Shown: positions 50,097 through 59,362 of the stretch, in pieces
Layout: each line of letters begins with the position of its first letter
How positions within the stretch are numbered: the first letter of the stretch is position 1
NCBI GenBank assembly: GCA_942492615.1
Contig: CALOFL010000023.1
Span: 230,832 to 294,831 of the forward strand
Length of the DNA: 64,000 bases
From: Candidatus Krumholzibacteriia bacterium
GTDB taxonomy: Bacteria; Krumholzibacteriota; Krumholzibacteriia; LZORAL124-64-63
Direction: 5' to 3'
Notes under the pieces: generated by a model
What the model saw: the letters and a program-made list of their open reading frames with translations, nothing else
The model's database searches: none
What the model was told of the DNA's origin: nothing
Made by a program: the position numbers and the translations under genes

Positions 50097-51071
50097 ATGC
50101 TAAAACGAGCTAGTGCTGTCTTGATAGTCGGCGCGCTCCTGTGTCTGATTCCCGGAGCGGGTCTGGCAATCACCCCCTACTCCCAGGACTTCGAATCCCT
50201 GGACCAGCTCAGCCTCACCGCCCTCGGCGATGACGGCTGGGTCGTCTACGGCAACGTCTTCGATTCCGGAGGCGGCTTCCTTTACGGTTACGGCACCTTC
50301 CCGGCGCCCAACGATGCTTCGGCCTTCTGCGGCATCGAACTGCTGCAGGGCGGCGTGGAGCAGGGCATCCAGCAGCTGGTGGTCACCAACGACTACAACA
50401 ACGTCGACCATGCCAACGGCTTCCTCATCGAATCCAATGTTTTCCGGGAGCAGACCATCGAAGCCGGTGACGTCTTCCAGACCTGGGAATTCTCCTTCCA
50501 GGCCAAACTGGGCAACCTGGTCGCGCCCTCGACCGCCGTGGCCTTCATCAAGACCGTCGACCCAGCCAACGGCTTCGCGACGACCAATTTCATCACCCAG
50601 GACATGACCAACACCCCGGTGACCTGGGACGGGTATACGTTGTCGATCACGATCGACCCGGGCCTGGTGGGATCGTTCCTGCAGATCGGTTTCGCCAGCA
50701 CGGCCACCCTGTACCAGAGTGCCGGTATCTTCTACGACAACATCGTATTCGAGCGCATCATCGTCTCCGACGTCCCGGATGTCTCGACGATCACCGGCGC
50801 GAGCCTGGGCCAGAACTATCCCAACCCCTTCAACCCCAAGACCAGGATCGATTTCTCCCTGGATCGCTCCCAGAACGTCGACATTTCGGTCTTCGACATC
50901 GCCGGCCGCAGGATCGCCACCCTGCGTCAGGGTGAACTGGGTGCGGGCGACCACCACGTGACCTGGAACGGCCAGACGGACCGCGGCACGCCCGCTCCCG
51001 CGGGCCGGTACAGCTACGTGCTGTCGACCGCTGACGGGAAGGTATCCCGCAGCATGGTTCTGTTGAAGTAG
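50097..51071 (+). CDS. Secreted protein of unknown function with a T9SS-type C-terminal sorting domain
   Basis: Signal peptide. A ~220-aa N-terminal domain shared with the gene at 56462-57184. C-terminal domain NYPNPFNPKTRIDFSL...VFDIAGRRIATL...GRYSYVL. Confidence 0.7.
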   Translation: MLKRASAVLIVGALLCLIPGAGLAITPYSQDFESLDQLSLTALGDDGWVVYGNVFDSGGGFLYGYGTFPAPNDASAFCGIELLQGGVEQGIQQLVVTNDYNNVDHANGFLIESNVFREQTIEAGDVFQTWEFSFQAKLGNLVAPSTAVAFIKTVDPANGFATTNFITQDMTNTPVTWDGYTLSITIDPGLVGSFLQIGFASTATLYQSAGIFYDNIVFERIIVSDVPDVSTITGASLGQNYPNPFNPKTRIDFSLDRSQNVDISVFDIAGRRIATLRQGELGAGDHHVTWNGQTDRGTPAPAGRYSYVLSTADGKVSRSMVLLK

Positions 51072-51319
51072 CAATATTTTCCCTCCGGGGGCCGATCGTC
51101 CAGGCCTCCGGAGGACCCTATCTCGAATCGAGTAAGACATGCTTGCGTCCCGGGACAATTCGTCCGACATTCCCCCATTCCAGCCCGGAGTTCCCATGCC
51201 CAGCGGCCTCCTGTATCTTGCTTCCCTGAGGTTGCCCCATGGAAGGTAGGCCTGCACGCGCCGGTTCATTGTTCCCGGAACCGGGCCGCACCGTGACCCT
51301 GAATGGAGGATTCGTCGCT

Positions 51320-54300
51320 ATGGACGGTGAGCAGTACTACCGGATCACCTCGTTCCAGTGCCTGGAACCCTTCCTGATGAGCTTGCCCACCAACACGGAT
51401 CTGTGGATGTTCATCGCATCGGGCGGCGGGCTCGCCGCCGGCCGTGTCGATGCCGAAGGCAGCCTGTTCCCCTATCTGACGGTCGATCAACTGCACGACG
51501 CCCACCACCACTCCGGTCCGTTGACCCTCATCCGGGTGGAACAGACCACCGGGGATCCCGCCCTGTGGCAGCCATTTGCCGAGGACAATGCCGAGAACCC
51601 CCGGATCGAACGTAACCTCTACAAGAACGCGACCGGCAACCGCCTCGTCTTCGAGGAGCGCAACCAGGACCTCGGGCTCGTGTTCCGCTACAGCTGGTGC
51701 GGTTGCGACGAGTTCGGTTGGGTACGGTCGGCTTCGCTGGAGAACCGCCGTGATACCCCTTGCCAGGTGTCCGTACTCGACGGCTTGCGCAATGTCCTGC
51801 CGTGGGGCGCTCCGGTGGCCCTTTACCAGCAGTCGAGCACCCTGATCGACGCGTACAAGAAAACCGAGGTCGATCCCGAAACCGGGCTCGGTCTCTTCTC
51901 CTTGACCGCCGGTATCACCGATCGGGCCGAAGCCCTCGAAGTGCTCAAGGCCAACGTCGTGTGGTGCTGCGGTCTCCAGGATTTCAAGGTCCACCTGTCG
52001 CTCGACGCCATCGCTTCTTTCCGGCACGGCCGGGTGCTGGCCGACGAAAGACTGCTCAACGGCCAGCGCGGCAACTACCTGGTGAGTTCGAGCCTCGACC
52101 TGGTACCCGCGCAGACCGCCGCCTGGCACCTCGTCGCCGACGTCGGCCGGGACCACCTGCAGATCGCCGCGCTGCGGCGCCGTCTGCTGCAGGAAGCGGA
52201 TCTCAAGGAACGGATCGACGTCCGCCTGAACCGGGCGGTGGAGAACCTGCGCCGCAACGTGGCCAGCGCCGACGGCCTGCAGACTTCCGGCAAGGACACC
52301 TCGGACTGGCATCACTTCGCCAACGTCCTGTTCAACAACATGCGGGGCGGGGTTTTTGCCCACAACTACGATCTGCCGGTGGCGGACCTGGTCGATTTCC
52401 TGCAGTTGCGCAACGCCGCCGTCGCTGCACGGCATGAAGGCCTGCTTGCCGGTCTTGCGGCCGAAATCACGCTCGACGATCTCATGACTGCGGCCCGGGC
52501 CGCGGGCGATCCCGACTTCGAGCGCCTCTGCTACGAGTACCTGCCGCTGCATTTCGGCCGGCGCCACGGCGACCCCAGCCGTCCGTGGAACAAGTTCTCG
52601 ATCCGCGTCCGCAACCGCGACGGCGAGCGGGCCCTGAACTACGAGGGCAACTGGCGGGACATCTTCCAGAACTGGGAAGCCCTGGGCGCCTCATTTCCCG
52701 GCTTTCTGCCGAGCATGGTCGCCAAGTTCGTCAATGCCTCGACCGTGGACGGGTTCAACCCCTACCGCATCACCCGCGAGGGTGTGGACTGGGAAGCCCC
52801 CGACCCGGACAACCCCTGGAGCCACATCGGTTACTGGGGCGACCACCAGATCATCTACCTGCTGAAGCTGCTCGAGGCCATGGCGGGATTCGACCCCGCC
52901 GCCACGGGGGCCATGCTGGGCGTCGAGATCTTCAGCTACGCCGAGGTCCCCTATCGCATCAAGCCGTATGCGGATCTGCTGCGAGACCCCGGCAATACGA
53001 TCGTCTTCGACGACGAGCGTCACGACCGCATCGAGCAGCGGGTCAAAGATCGTGGCACCGACGGCAAGCTGTTGACCGGGCCCGACGGCGGGGTCTACCA
53101 CGCCAACCTCTTCGAGAAACTGCTCGTGCCGGCCTTGGCCAAGCTGTCCAATCTCGTGCCGGACGCCGGGATCTGGATGAACACCCAGCGGCCCGAATGG
53201 AACGACGCCAACAACGCGCTGGCCGGCGGCGGCATCTCCGTCGTGACCCTCTGTTATCTGCGCCGGTATCTGGCATTCCTCGCCGATCTCTACGAACAAG
53301 CGCCGGACAACGAACTGCCGGTCTCCAACGAGGTGGCCGCGTGGTTCGGCCGGATCGCGACGACCCTGCAGAGCGAGGGGAACCTGCCGGCCGACGGCAA
53401 GACCGACGCCGAGTCCCGGAAACGGATGATGGACGCGCTGGGCACGGCTTTCGCGGACTACCGCGCGCAGGTCTACGACCATGGCTTCTCGGGAAAGACG
53501 GCCATGAGCACGCATGAGGCGGCCGGCGTTTTCCGGACCGCCCTCGAGCTTATCGACCGGAGCATCCGCGCGAACCAGCGCGAAGACGGTCTCTTCCACA
53601 CCTACAACATCCTGGAGATCACCCCGGCCGGCGCCGAGGTCCAGCGCCTCCAGGAAATGCTCGAAGGTCAGGTCGCGGCCCTCAGTGCGGGTGTTCTGGA
53701 CCCGGGCGAGGCACTCGCCGTCCTGGACCAGCTCTTCGACAGCGCCATCTACCGGCCGGAACAGCGGAGCTTCATGCTCTATCCGGAACGGCAGCTCCCC
53801 GGCTTCCTGGCCAAGAACCGTGTTCCAGCGGAAGCGGCCGAGGCGATCCCCCTGCTGCGGGATCTCCTGAAGGACGGCGACGGTTCGCTGGTCGCCCGGG
53901 ATGCCGACGGAGTCGTCCGTTTTCACGGGGACTTCCAGTGTGCCGCCGATGTTCAGGCCGCTCTGGACGAGCTCGGTGCCCACGAGAATCAGAGCGAAGC
54001 TGTGGACCGCGACCGGTCGGCAATTCTCGAGCTGTTCGAGCATGTCTTCGGACACGAATCCTACACCGGTCGTTCCGGCGTCATGTACGGGTATGAAGGA
54101 CTCGGCTGCATCTACTGGCATATGGTCGCCAAGCTCCTGCTGGCGGTTCAGGAGAACTTCCTGCAGGCCGAACGCGCCGGCTTGGCGCCGGATCTGCGGG
54201 AAAAGCTGGCCCGGATGTACTTCCGGGTGCGCGCGGGAATCGGCTACGAGAAGACGGCTGCCGAATACGGCGCTTTCCCCACCGACCCCTATTCCCACAC

Positions 54301-54724
54301 CCCCCCCGCCGGCGGCGCCAAGCAGCCGGGCATGACCGGACAGGTGAAGGAAGAAATCCTCACCCGCCTGGGAGAGCTCGGTGTGCGCGTCAAGGACGGC
54401 GCCGTCAGCTTCCAGCCGACCCTGCTGCATGCCGCCGAATTCCTGGGTGAACCCCGGGATTTCCACTACTTTGATGTCGCAGGGGCCGCGCGCACGGTCG
54501 CGCTGGCTCCCGGCAGCTTGGCGTTCACCCTGTGCCAGGTGCCGGTCGTCTACGAGCGGGTTGCCGCTGAGCCGGCGATCACCGTGGAATTCAACGACGG
54601 GACCAGCCATCGGCACCAGGGTGTGGCGATTGACGTCCAGGTAAGCAGCGATCTCTTTGCCCGGACGGGACGCATCGACCGGATCCGGGTCGGCGTTCCT
54701 GCCGACAACATCGGCGCGCCGTAG
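51320..54724 (+). CDS. Large cytoplasmic glycan-active enzyme candidate (1134 aa). By size and context it may be a beta-1,3-glucan phosphorylase-like enzyme (GH149/GH161-type).
   Basis: No signal peptide. Lies inside the GH16/GH1 locus. The family is assigned by inference only. The start at 51320 is uncertain (alternatives 51239, 51377). Confidence 0.45.
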   Translation: MDGEQYYRITSFQCLEPFLMSLPTNTDLWMFIASGGGLAAGRVDAEGSLFPYLTVDQLHDAHHHSGPLTLIRVEQTTGDPALWQPFAEDNAENPRIERNLYKNATGNRLVFEERNQDLGLVFRYSWCGCDEFGWVRSASLENRRDTPCQVSVLDGLRNVLPWGAPVALYQQSSTLIDAYKKTEVDPETGLGLFSLTAGITDRAEALEVLKANVVWCCGLQDFKVHLSLDAIASFRHGRVLADERLLNGQRGNYLVSSSLDLVPAQTAAWHLVADVGRDHLQIAALRRRLLQEADLKERIDVRLNRAVENLRRNVASADGLQTSGKDTSDWHHFANVLFNNMRGGVFAHNYDLPVADLVDFLQLRNAAVAARHEGLLAGLAAEITLDDLMTAARAAGDPDFERLCYEYLPLHFGRRHGDPSRPWNKFSIRVRNRDGERALNYEGNWRDIFQNWEALGASFPGFLPSMVAKFVNASTVDGFNPYRITREGVDWEAPDPDNPWSHIGYWGDHQIIYLLKLLEAMAGFDPAATGAMLGVEIFSYAEVPYRIKPYADLLRDPGNTIVFDDERHDRIEQRVKDRGTDGKLLTGPDGGVYHANLFEKLLVPALAKLSNLVPDAGIWMNTQRPEWNDANNALAGGGISVVTLCYLRRYLAFLADLYEQAPDNELPVSNEVAAWFGRIATTLQSEGNLPADGKTDAESRKRMMDALGTAFADYRAQVYDHGFSGKTAMSTHEAAGVFRTALELIDRSIRANQREDGLFHTYNILEITPAGAEVQRLQEMLEGQVAALSAGVLDPGEALAVLDQLFDSAIYRPEQRSFMLYPERQLPGFLAKNRVPAEAAEAIPLLRDLLKDGDGSLVARDADGVVRFHGDFQCAADVQAALDELGAHENQSEAVDRDRSAILELFEHVFGHESYTGRSGVMYGYEGLGCIYWHMVAKLLLAVQENFLQAERAGLAPDLREKLARMYFRVRAGIGYEKTAAEYGAFPTDPYSHTPPAGGAKQPGMTGQVKEEILTRLGELGVRVKDGAVSFQPTLLHAAEFLGEPRDFHYFDVAGAARTVALAPGSLAFTLCQVPVVYERVAAEPAITVEFNDGTSHRHQGVAIDVQVSSDLFARTGRIDRIRVGVPADNIGAP

Positions 54725-54773
54725 CCGGACACTGCCTTGGGCTCCGGCTGCAGCCAGACAACCGGAGTCGACC

Positions 54774-56387
54774 ATGATCCAGAAGACTGCATTCCTCGTC
54801 CTGACGTTGTCCCTGTCGCTTGCGGTGGTTTCCGCCGGTTCGGCGGCCGGACAGTGCATTCTGGCCAATCCCAGCTTCGAGATCGGCGGTCAGGCCGGCG
54901 CGGTCTTCGGCGGGTGGAACCAGTTCGGGGCGATCGGCGCGGTCACCGGCGCCTACCATGGCGCGCAGGCCGCACGCGTCAGCGGTTCGAACACCGGCAG
55001 CTGGGAGCTGTCGGCCTTCTGGCAGAGCCAGGACTGCGCTCCGGGTGAATCCTGGGCCATCACCGGCCATGTGAAACATCCGGCGGGCAACCCGCTGACC
55101 GGCCAGTGCGCCGCCATCGTCAACGTCGAATGGCGCGACAGCGGCGGTGCGCTCATCGACTACGATACGTTCACGGTGGCGGATCCCGCCTCGCCGACCG
55201 ACCAGTACCTCGACTTCGCGGTCGTCAGCAGCGCCGCCCCGGCCGGCACGGTCACCGCCCGCATCCTCGTCGGCGTCCTCCAGAGCCCGACCGACCCATC
55301 GCCCGACGTATTCTACGACCAGATCACCTTCGACAGCACCAGTTATCCGACCAGCGACGATCGGCAGTGGAACGACTTTCCCGGCGGCAGGACGCTGACC
55401 TTCGGCGGCCGCACCTGGCGCATCAAGGGTCCCGGCTATTTCGGCCCCGGGCCGAACCTCTTCAGTGACGCCGCCGATTTCGTGTGGGTCGACGGCAGCG
55501 ACCAGCTGCACCTCACCCTGCAGCAGCGGGGCGCCAACTGGTACTGCACCGAGGTGGTCACCGAGGAAGCCCTCGGTTACGGGGACTACGTCCTGACGAC
55601 CGTTGGCCGGCTCGACCAGATCGATCCCCAGGTGGTGCTCGGCATCTTCCTGTGGGAGTACGGCCCCTGCTACGATCCGGCGCTGCTCTGGTGGAACCCC
55701 TACAACGAGATCGACATCGAGTACAGCCGGTGGGGGAATCCCGCTGCGGATATCGGCCAGTTCGTGGCCCAGCCCTACGACTGGAACGGCAACCTCGACC
55801 GCTTCGACCACGCCTTCGGCGAGGGTCAAGTGACGAGCCATGCCATGCGCTGGTTGGCCGACAAGGTCGAATACAGGGTCTGGCGCGGCGGGCCCGGCGA
55901 CGAGTCGCCCGCCAACCTGATCCACTCGTGGACCTACACCGGGCCGCACATCCCGCGGCCCGAACAGCCGCGCATGCACCTGAACCTGTGGCGCGCGGGC
56001 AGCAGCCCCGCCGGAGACCAGGAAGTCGTGTTCAAGGACTTCGTCTTCGTGCCCGCGGGCACCGTCAGCGCCGTGGACGAGAAGCCGGACGGTACGGCAC
56101 CCTCAGCCGGGATCGGCAGACTTCATCCCGCATCGCCCAATCCGTTCAATCCCCGGACCACGATCGGATACAGCCTGGTCCGGGACGGCGCCGTCACCCT
56201 CGATGTCTACGACCTGAACGGACGCCGGGTACGCACGCTGGCCGACGGCTTCCAGACCGCGGGCGACCATCGGGCAACCTGGGACGGGCTGGACGACGGG
56301 GGCCGGCAGCTGGCCTCGGGCGTCTACCTGGTGCGGTTGCGGGGGGACGGTTTTCTGGAACTGCAGCGGGTGGCGCTCATCAAGTAG
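54774..56387 (+). CDS. Secreted GH16-family glycoside hydrolase with an N-terminal CBM-like domain and a T9SS C-terminal sorting domain
   Basis: Signal peptide. CBM4/9-like start ANPSFEIGG...WNQFG. GH16 ExDxE motif NEIDIEY. C-terminal domain SPNPFNPRTTIGYSL...VYDLNGRRVRTL...GVYLVRL. Confidence 0.75.
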   Translation: MIQKTAFLVLTLSLSLAVVSAGSAAGQCILANPSFEIGGQAGAVFGGWNQFGAIGAVTGAYHGAQAARVSGSNTGSWELSAFWQSQDCAPGESWAITGHVKHPAGNPLTGQCAAIVNVEWRDSGGALIDYDTFTVADPASPTDQYLDFAVVSSAAPAGTVTARILVGVLQSPTDPSPDVFYDQITFDSTSYPTSDDRQWNDFPGGRTLTFGGRTWRIKGPGYFGPGPNLFSDAADFVWVDGSDQLHLTLQQRGANWYCTEVVTEEALGYGDYVLTTVGRLDQIDPQVVLGIFLWEYGPCYDPALLWWNPYNEIDIEYSRWGNPAADIGQFVAQPYDWNGNLDRFDHAFGEGQVTSHAMRWLADKVEYRVWRGGPGDESPANLIHSWTYTGPHIPRPEQPRMHLNLWRAGSSPAGDQEVVFKDFVFVPAGTVSAVDEKPDGTAPSAGIGRLHPASPNPFNPRTTIGYSLVRDGAVTLDVYDLNGRRVRTLADGFQTAGDHRATWDGLDDGGRQLASGVYLVRLRGDGFLELQRVALIK

Positions 56388-56411
56388 GACTCGGTGCGGC
56401 GGGAAAAAAAG

Positions 56412-56443
56412 ATGGGGCCCGGCGTTGCCGGGCCCCATTTCTT
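56412..56443. terminator. Bidirectional rho-independent terminator
   Basis: gggaaaaaaag atggggcccggc gtt gccgggccccat ttctt. Confidence 0.75.
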
Positions 56444-56461
56444 GGCAGGATCTAACGCTGA

Positions 56462-57184
56462 CTAGCGGTAGAGGGACTTCACGCCGCCCCAGGTCGCTTC
56501 TTCAGTGGCGACCGGACCGGTGATGCTCCAGCTGAGGTTGTCATAGAAGACGCCGGAGCCTTCATACAACGTGCAGCTGTTGGCGAAACCCGTCTGCAGG
56601 ATCTGGCCGACGAGGCTCGCATCGATCGTGATCGTGATCGAGTAGGTGCCCCAGGTGGTCGGCGCAGTGGTCATGTCCACGGTCAGGAAGTTGGTCAGGG
56701 CGAATCCCGCGTTGGGATCCAGGGTCTTGATGAAAGCAACGGCGGTGGTGGCGCCGGCGAGGTTGCCGCGCTTGCCGTCGAACTGGAAGACCCAGGTCTC
56801 ACCGACGTCGCCGACACCAATGATCTGCTCCTTGAAGGTGTTGGCTTCGATCACGTTGCCAACGGCGTGGTCGACGTTGTTGTAGTCGCTGAAGGTGTTC
56901 AGCTGCTGCAGGCCCTGCGTTGCTCCACCTTCACCGATGGCGATCTGGCAGAAGCCGCCGCCATCGTTGGGAGCGGGGAAAACGCCATAGCCGTACAGGT
57001 AGGGGGCACCACCGGGACCGAAGACGTTGGCGAAAACCAGCCAGCCCGCGCCGCCGAGGGCACCGGCGTCGGCCTGATTGAGGCCTTCAAAATCCTCGGT
57101 GTAGGGCTCGAGGGCGAAACCGGCGGCAGGAACCAGGCAAACCAGCACAGCTGCCATGACGATGGCGTTAACTCTTTTTTGCAT
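56462..57184 (-). CDS. Secreted paralog of the N-terminal domain of the gene at 50097-51071. It lacks the NPFNP sorting domain and ends TWGGVKSLYR.
   Basis: Signal peptide MQKRVNAIVMAAVLVCLVPAAGFA. About 55% identity to the 50097 product over ~220 aa (EPYTEDFEGLNQ... vs PYSQDFESLDQ...). GAGAGG Shine-Dalgarno. Confidence 0.65.
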   Translation of the reverse strand: MQKRVNAIVMAAVLVCLVPAAGFALEPYTEDFEGLNQADAGALGGAGWLVFANVFGPGGAPYLYGYGVFPAPNDGGGFCQIAIGEGGATQGLQQLNTFSDYNNVDHAVGNVIEANTFKEQIIGVGDVGETWVFQFDGKRGNLAGATTAVAFIKTLDPNAGFALTNFLTVDMTTAPTTWGTYSITITIDASLVGQILQTGFANSCTLYEGSGVFYDNLSWSITGPVATEEATWGGVKSLYR

Positions 57185-57326
57185 TTTGGCGACCTCTCGT
57201 TGTTGTCCGTCTTGTGCGGACCGAAAACCGTGATGTTGGAAACCGTCGGACGATCTCCTTGCAATGATACTCATCCCCGGAAAACGCACTGCAAGGCAAA
57301 TTCCGATAGCTAAATTATAGACTATG

Positions 57327-57339
57327 TTCGGTAACCGAA
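57327..57339. promoter_or_regulatory. Perfect palindrome TTCGG-TAA-CCGAA in the AT-rich divergent region
   Basis: Same TTCGG-N3-CCGAA architecture as the site at 49807-49819. Confidence 0.45.
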
Positions 57340-57701
57340 TCAAGTCTTTATTTCAGTTTTGTCGGTTTGTTTTCTGAGGGGCCTTTATGACACCAAATTA
57401 TTGCTATCATGTTATTTATTTCCCTTCAGCCATTTTTGTGACGAAAACGGTTTTTCAAGGCGAGCAGCAAGCGCCGACTCCAGGGCTCCGCGCGCGCGAT
57501 CGTCACCGCCGGCGCACGTTACCTGGCCGGTTGCCGGGAGCCCCATCGTGCAGAAACCCGAATCCGATGACCCCAACTCCCGATCGCCAGAACCCTCTTG
57601 ACCACTTCCGGGCCCCTGGCGTACTTTGTTCGGGCCCCGCACAAAGCGGGAGGATCCCGAGGCCCTCCCCCGCCTGACAGGAGAATCAGCGAGATGACGC
57701 C

Positions 57702-59167
57702 ATGAACCCGGTAACCCACTCGAAAACCGCCCCCGAGGACCGCATCAAGTTTTCCCACAAGGTCGCCTACGGTGTCGGCGCCTTCGTCAACAACCTGCTG
57801 GGAGCCGCCAGTGGCGGCATGATGATCGTCCTGAACCTGGGCCTGGGCATGAACCCGGCCCTGGTCGGTCTGCTGGGAGCTCTGCCCCGGCTGACCGACG
57901 CCTTCACCGATCCGCTCATGGGCTACATCTCCGACAACTCCATCACCCGCTGGGGTCGCCGGCGTCCCTTCATCTTCGGCGGGGCCATCGCCGCCGGTAT
58001 CCTGTTCGCCATCCTGTGGCAGCTGCCCGCAGAACCACAGTGAGAACGTTCTACTTCTGGTGGTTCCTGATCGGTTCGATCGTCTTCTTCGCCGCCTATA
58101 CCGTCTTCGCCACGCCCTGGGTGGCGCTGGGCTACGAACTGACACCCGACTACCACGAGCGCACGCGGCTGATGGGCACGCAGAACTTCATCGGCCAGCT
58201 GGCCTTCGTCGTCTCGCCGTGGTTCCTGTGGATCATGAATTCCGGCAGGTTCTTCCGGAACGAGGCGGGCGAGCCCGATCAGGTGGCCGGCGCCGGCGGG
58301 CTGGCCATCGTCATCGCCCTGGTTGTCATCGGGCTGGGCATGCTGCCGGCGCTGGTGCTGCGCGAACGCATGAAGGACGTGGCGACGGCCGAGGTCATCG
58401 CGGCCGCCGGCCCGCGCCCACGGCTTCAAGCGAGAACATGGTCGAGTTCTTCAAGGGTTTCGGCGTCAAGACCCTGTCGACGGGCCCTTCCTCAAGCTGT
58501 GCCTGGCCACCTTCCTGGTGTTCAACGGCTTCATCCTCATCGCGTCGTTCCAGTTCTACGTGATCATCTACTACGTGACCGGCGGCGACCAGACCGCGGG
58601 CGCCAAGTACGCCGGCTGGGCGGGCACCGTGGGCGCCATCTGTACCTTCGTGGTCGTCGTCTTCATCACCTGGCTGGGCACCAAGATCGGCAAGCGGCAC
58701 GCCTTTTTCGTGTCGATCGGACTTTCCATCGTCGGCTACGGCCTCAAGTGGGTCTGCTACAACCCCGACCTGCCCTATCTGGTGGTGCTGCCGGCGCCGC
58801 TGATGGCCTTCGGGCTCGGTGGCCTGTTCACCCTGGTGCCGTCGATGATCGCCGACGTCGTCGACACCGACGAGCTCAAGACCCACGAGCGGCGCGAGGG
58901 CATGTTCGGCTCCATCTTCTGGTGGGTGGTCAAGCTCGGCATGGCGGCCGCCCTGGCCGGCGGCGGCTTCCTGCTCAATGCCACCGGCTTCGACGTCGAG
59001 CTGGGCGGCAACCAGGCCGCCGCACCATCTTCCTGATGCGGCTGTGCGACGCCTTCATCCCCATGGTGACCTCGGCCATCGCCATCTGGGCGGTCTACAA
59101 GTTCCCCATCACCGAAGCCCGCGCCAACGAGGTGCGGCAGGAACTCGAGCAACGCCGGGGCAAGTAG
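57702..59167 (+). pseudogene. Glycoside-pentoside-hexuronide (GPH):cation symporter family transporter gene disrupted by at least four 1-nt frameshifts
   Basis: The GPH signature (DAFTDPLMGYISDNSITRWGRRRPF...YELTPDYHERTRL...) is spread over four reading frames, switching at about 58040, 58425, 58485 and 59025. Confidence 0.7.
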
Positions 59168-59211
59168 GCGGCAGCACGCAACCTTCAGGACAACCAGCGG
59201 GCCCGTTCCTG

Positions 59212-59240
59212 TTGACATCGGATTATCGTTTGCTTATCCA
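59212..59240 (+). promoter_or_regulatory. Putative sigma-70-type promoter upstream of the LVIVD gene
   Basis: TTGACA, 17-nt spacer, TATCCA. Confidence 0.3.
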
Positions 59241-59362
59241 TGTTCCAGGGGGATTGCGATTCACGGCAAGGTGCCGATTGCCGAGCGAATGGCGGCTTCA
59301 GTGGTGTGACCGCCAGCATGTCGTGAAGAGGACCGGGATCCTCCGCAACGGGGAGGATCGTC

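Noticed and set aside
52691-54868. 725-aa minus-strand ORF opposite the 1134-aa enzyme gene
   Set aside because: Antisense artefact of a high-GC coding region.
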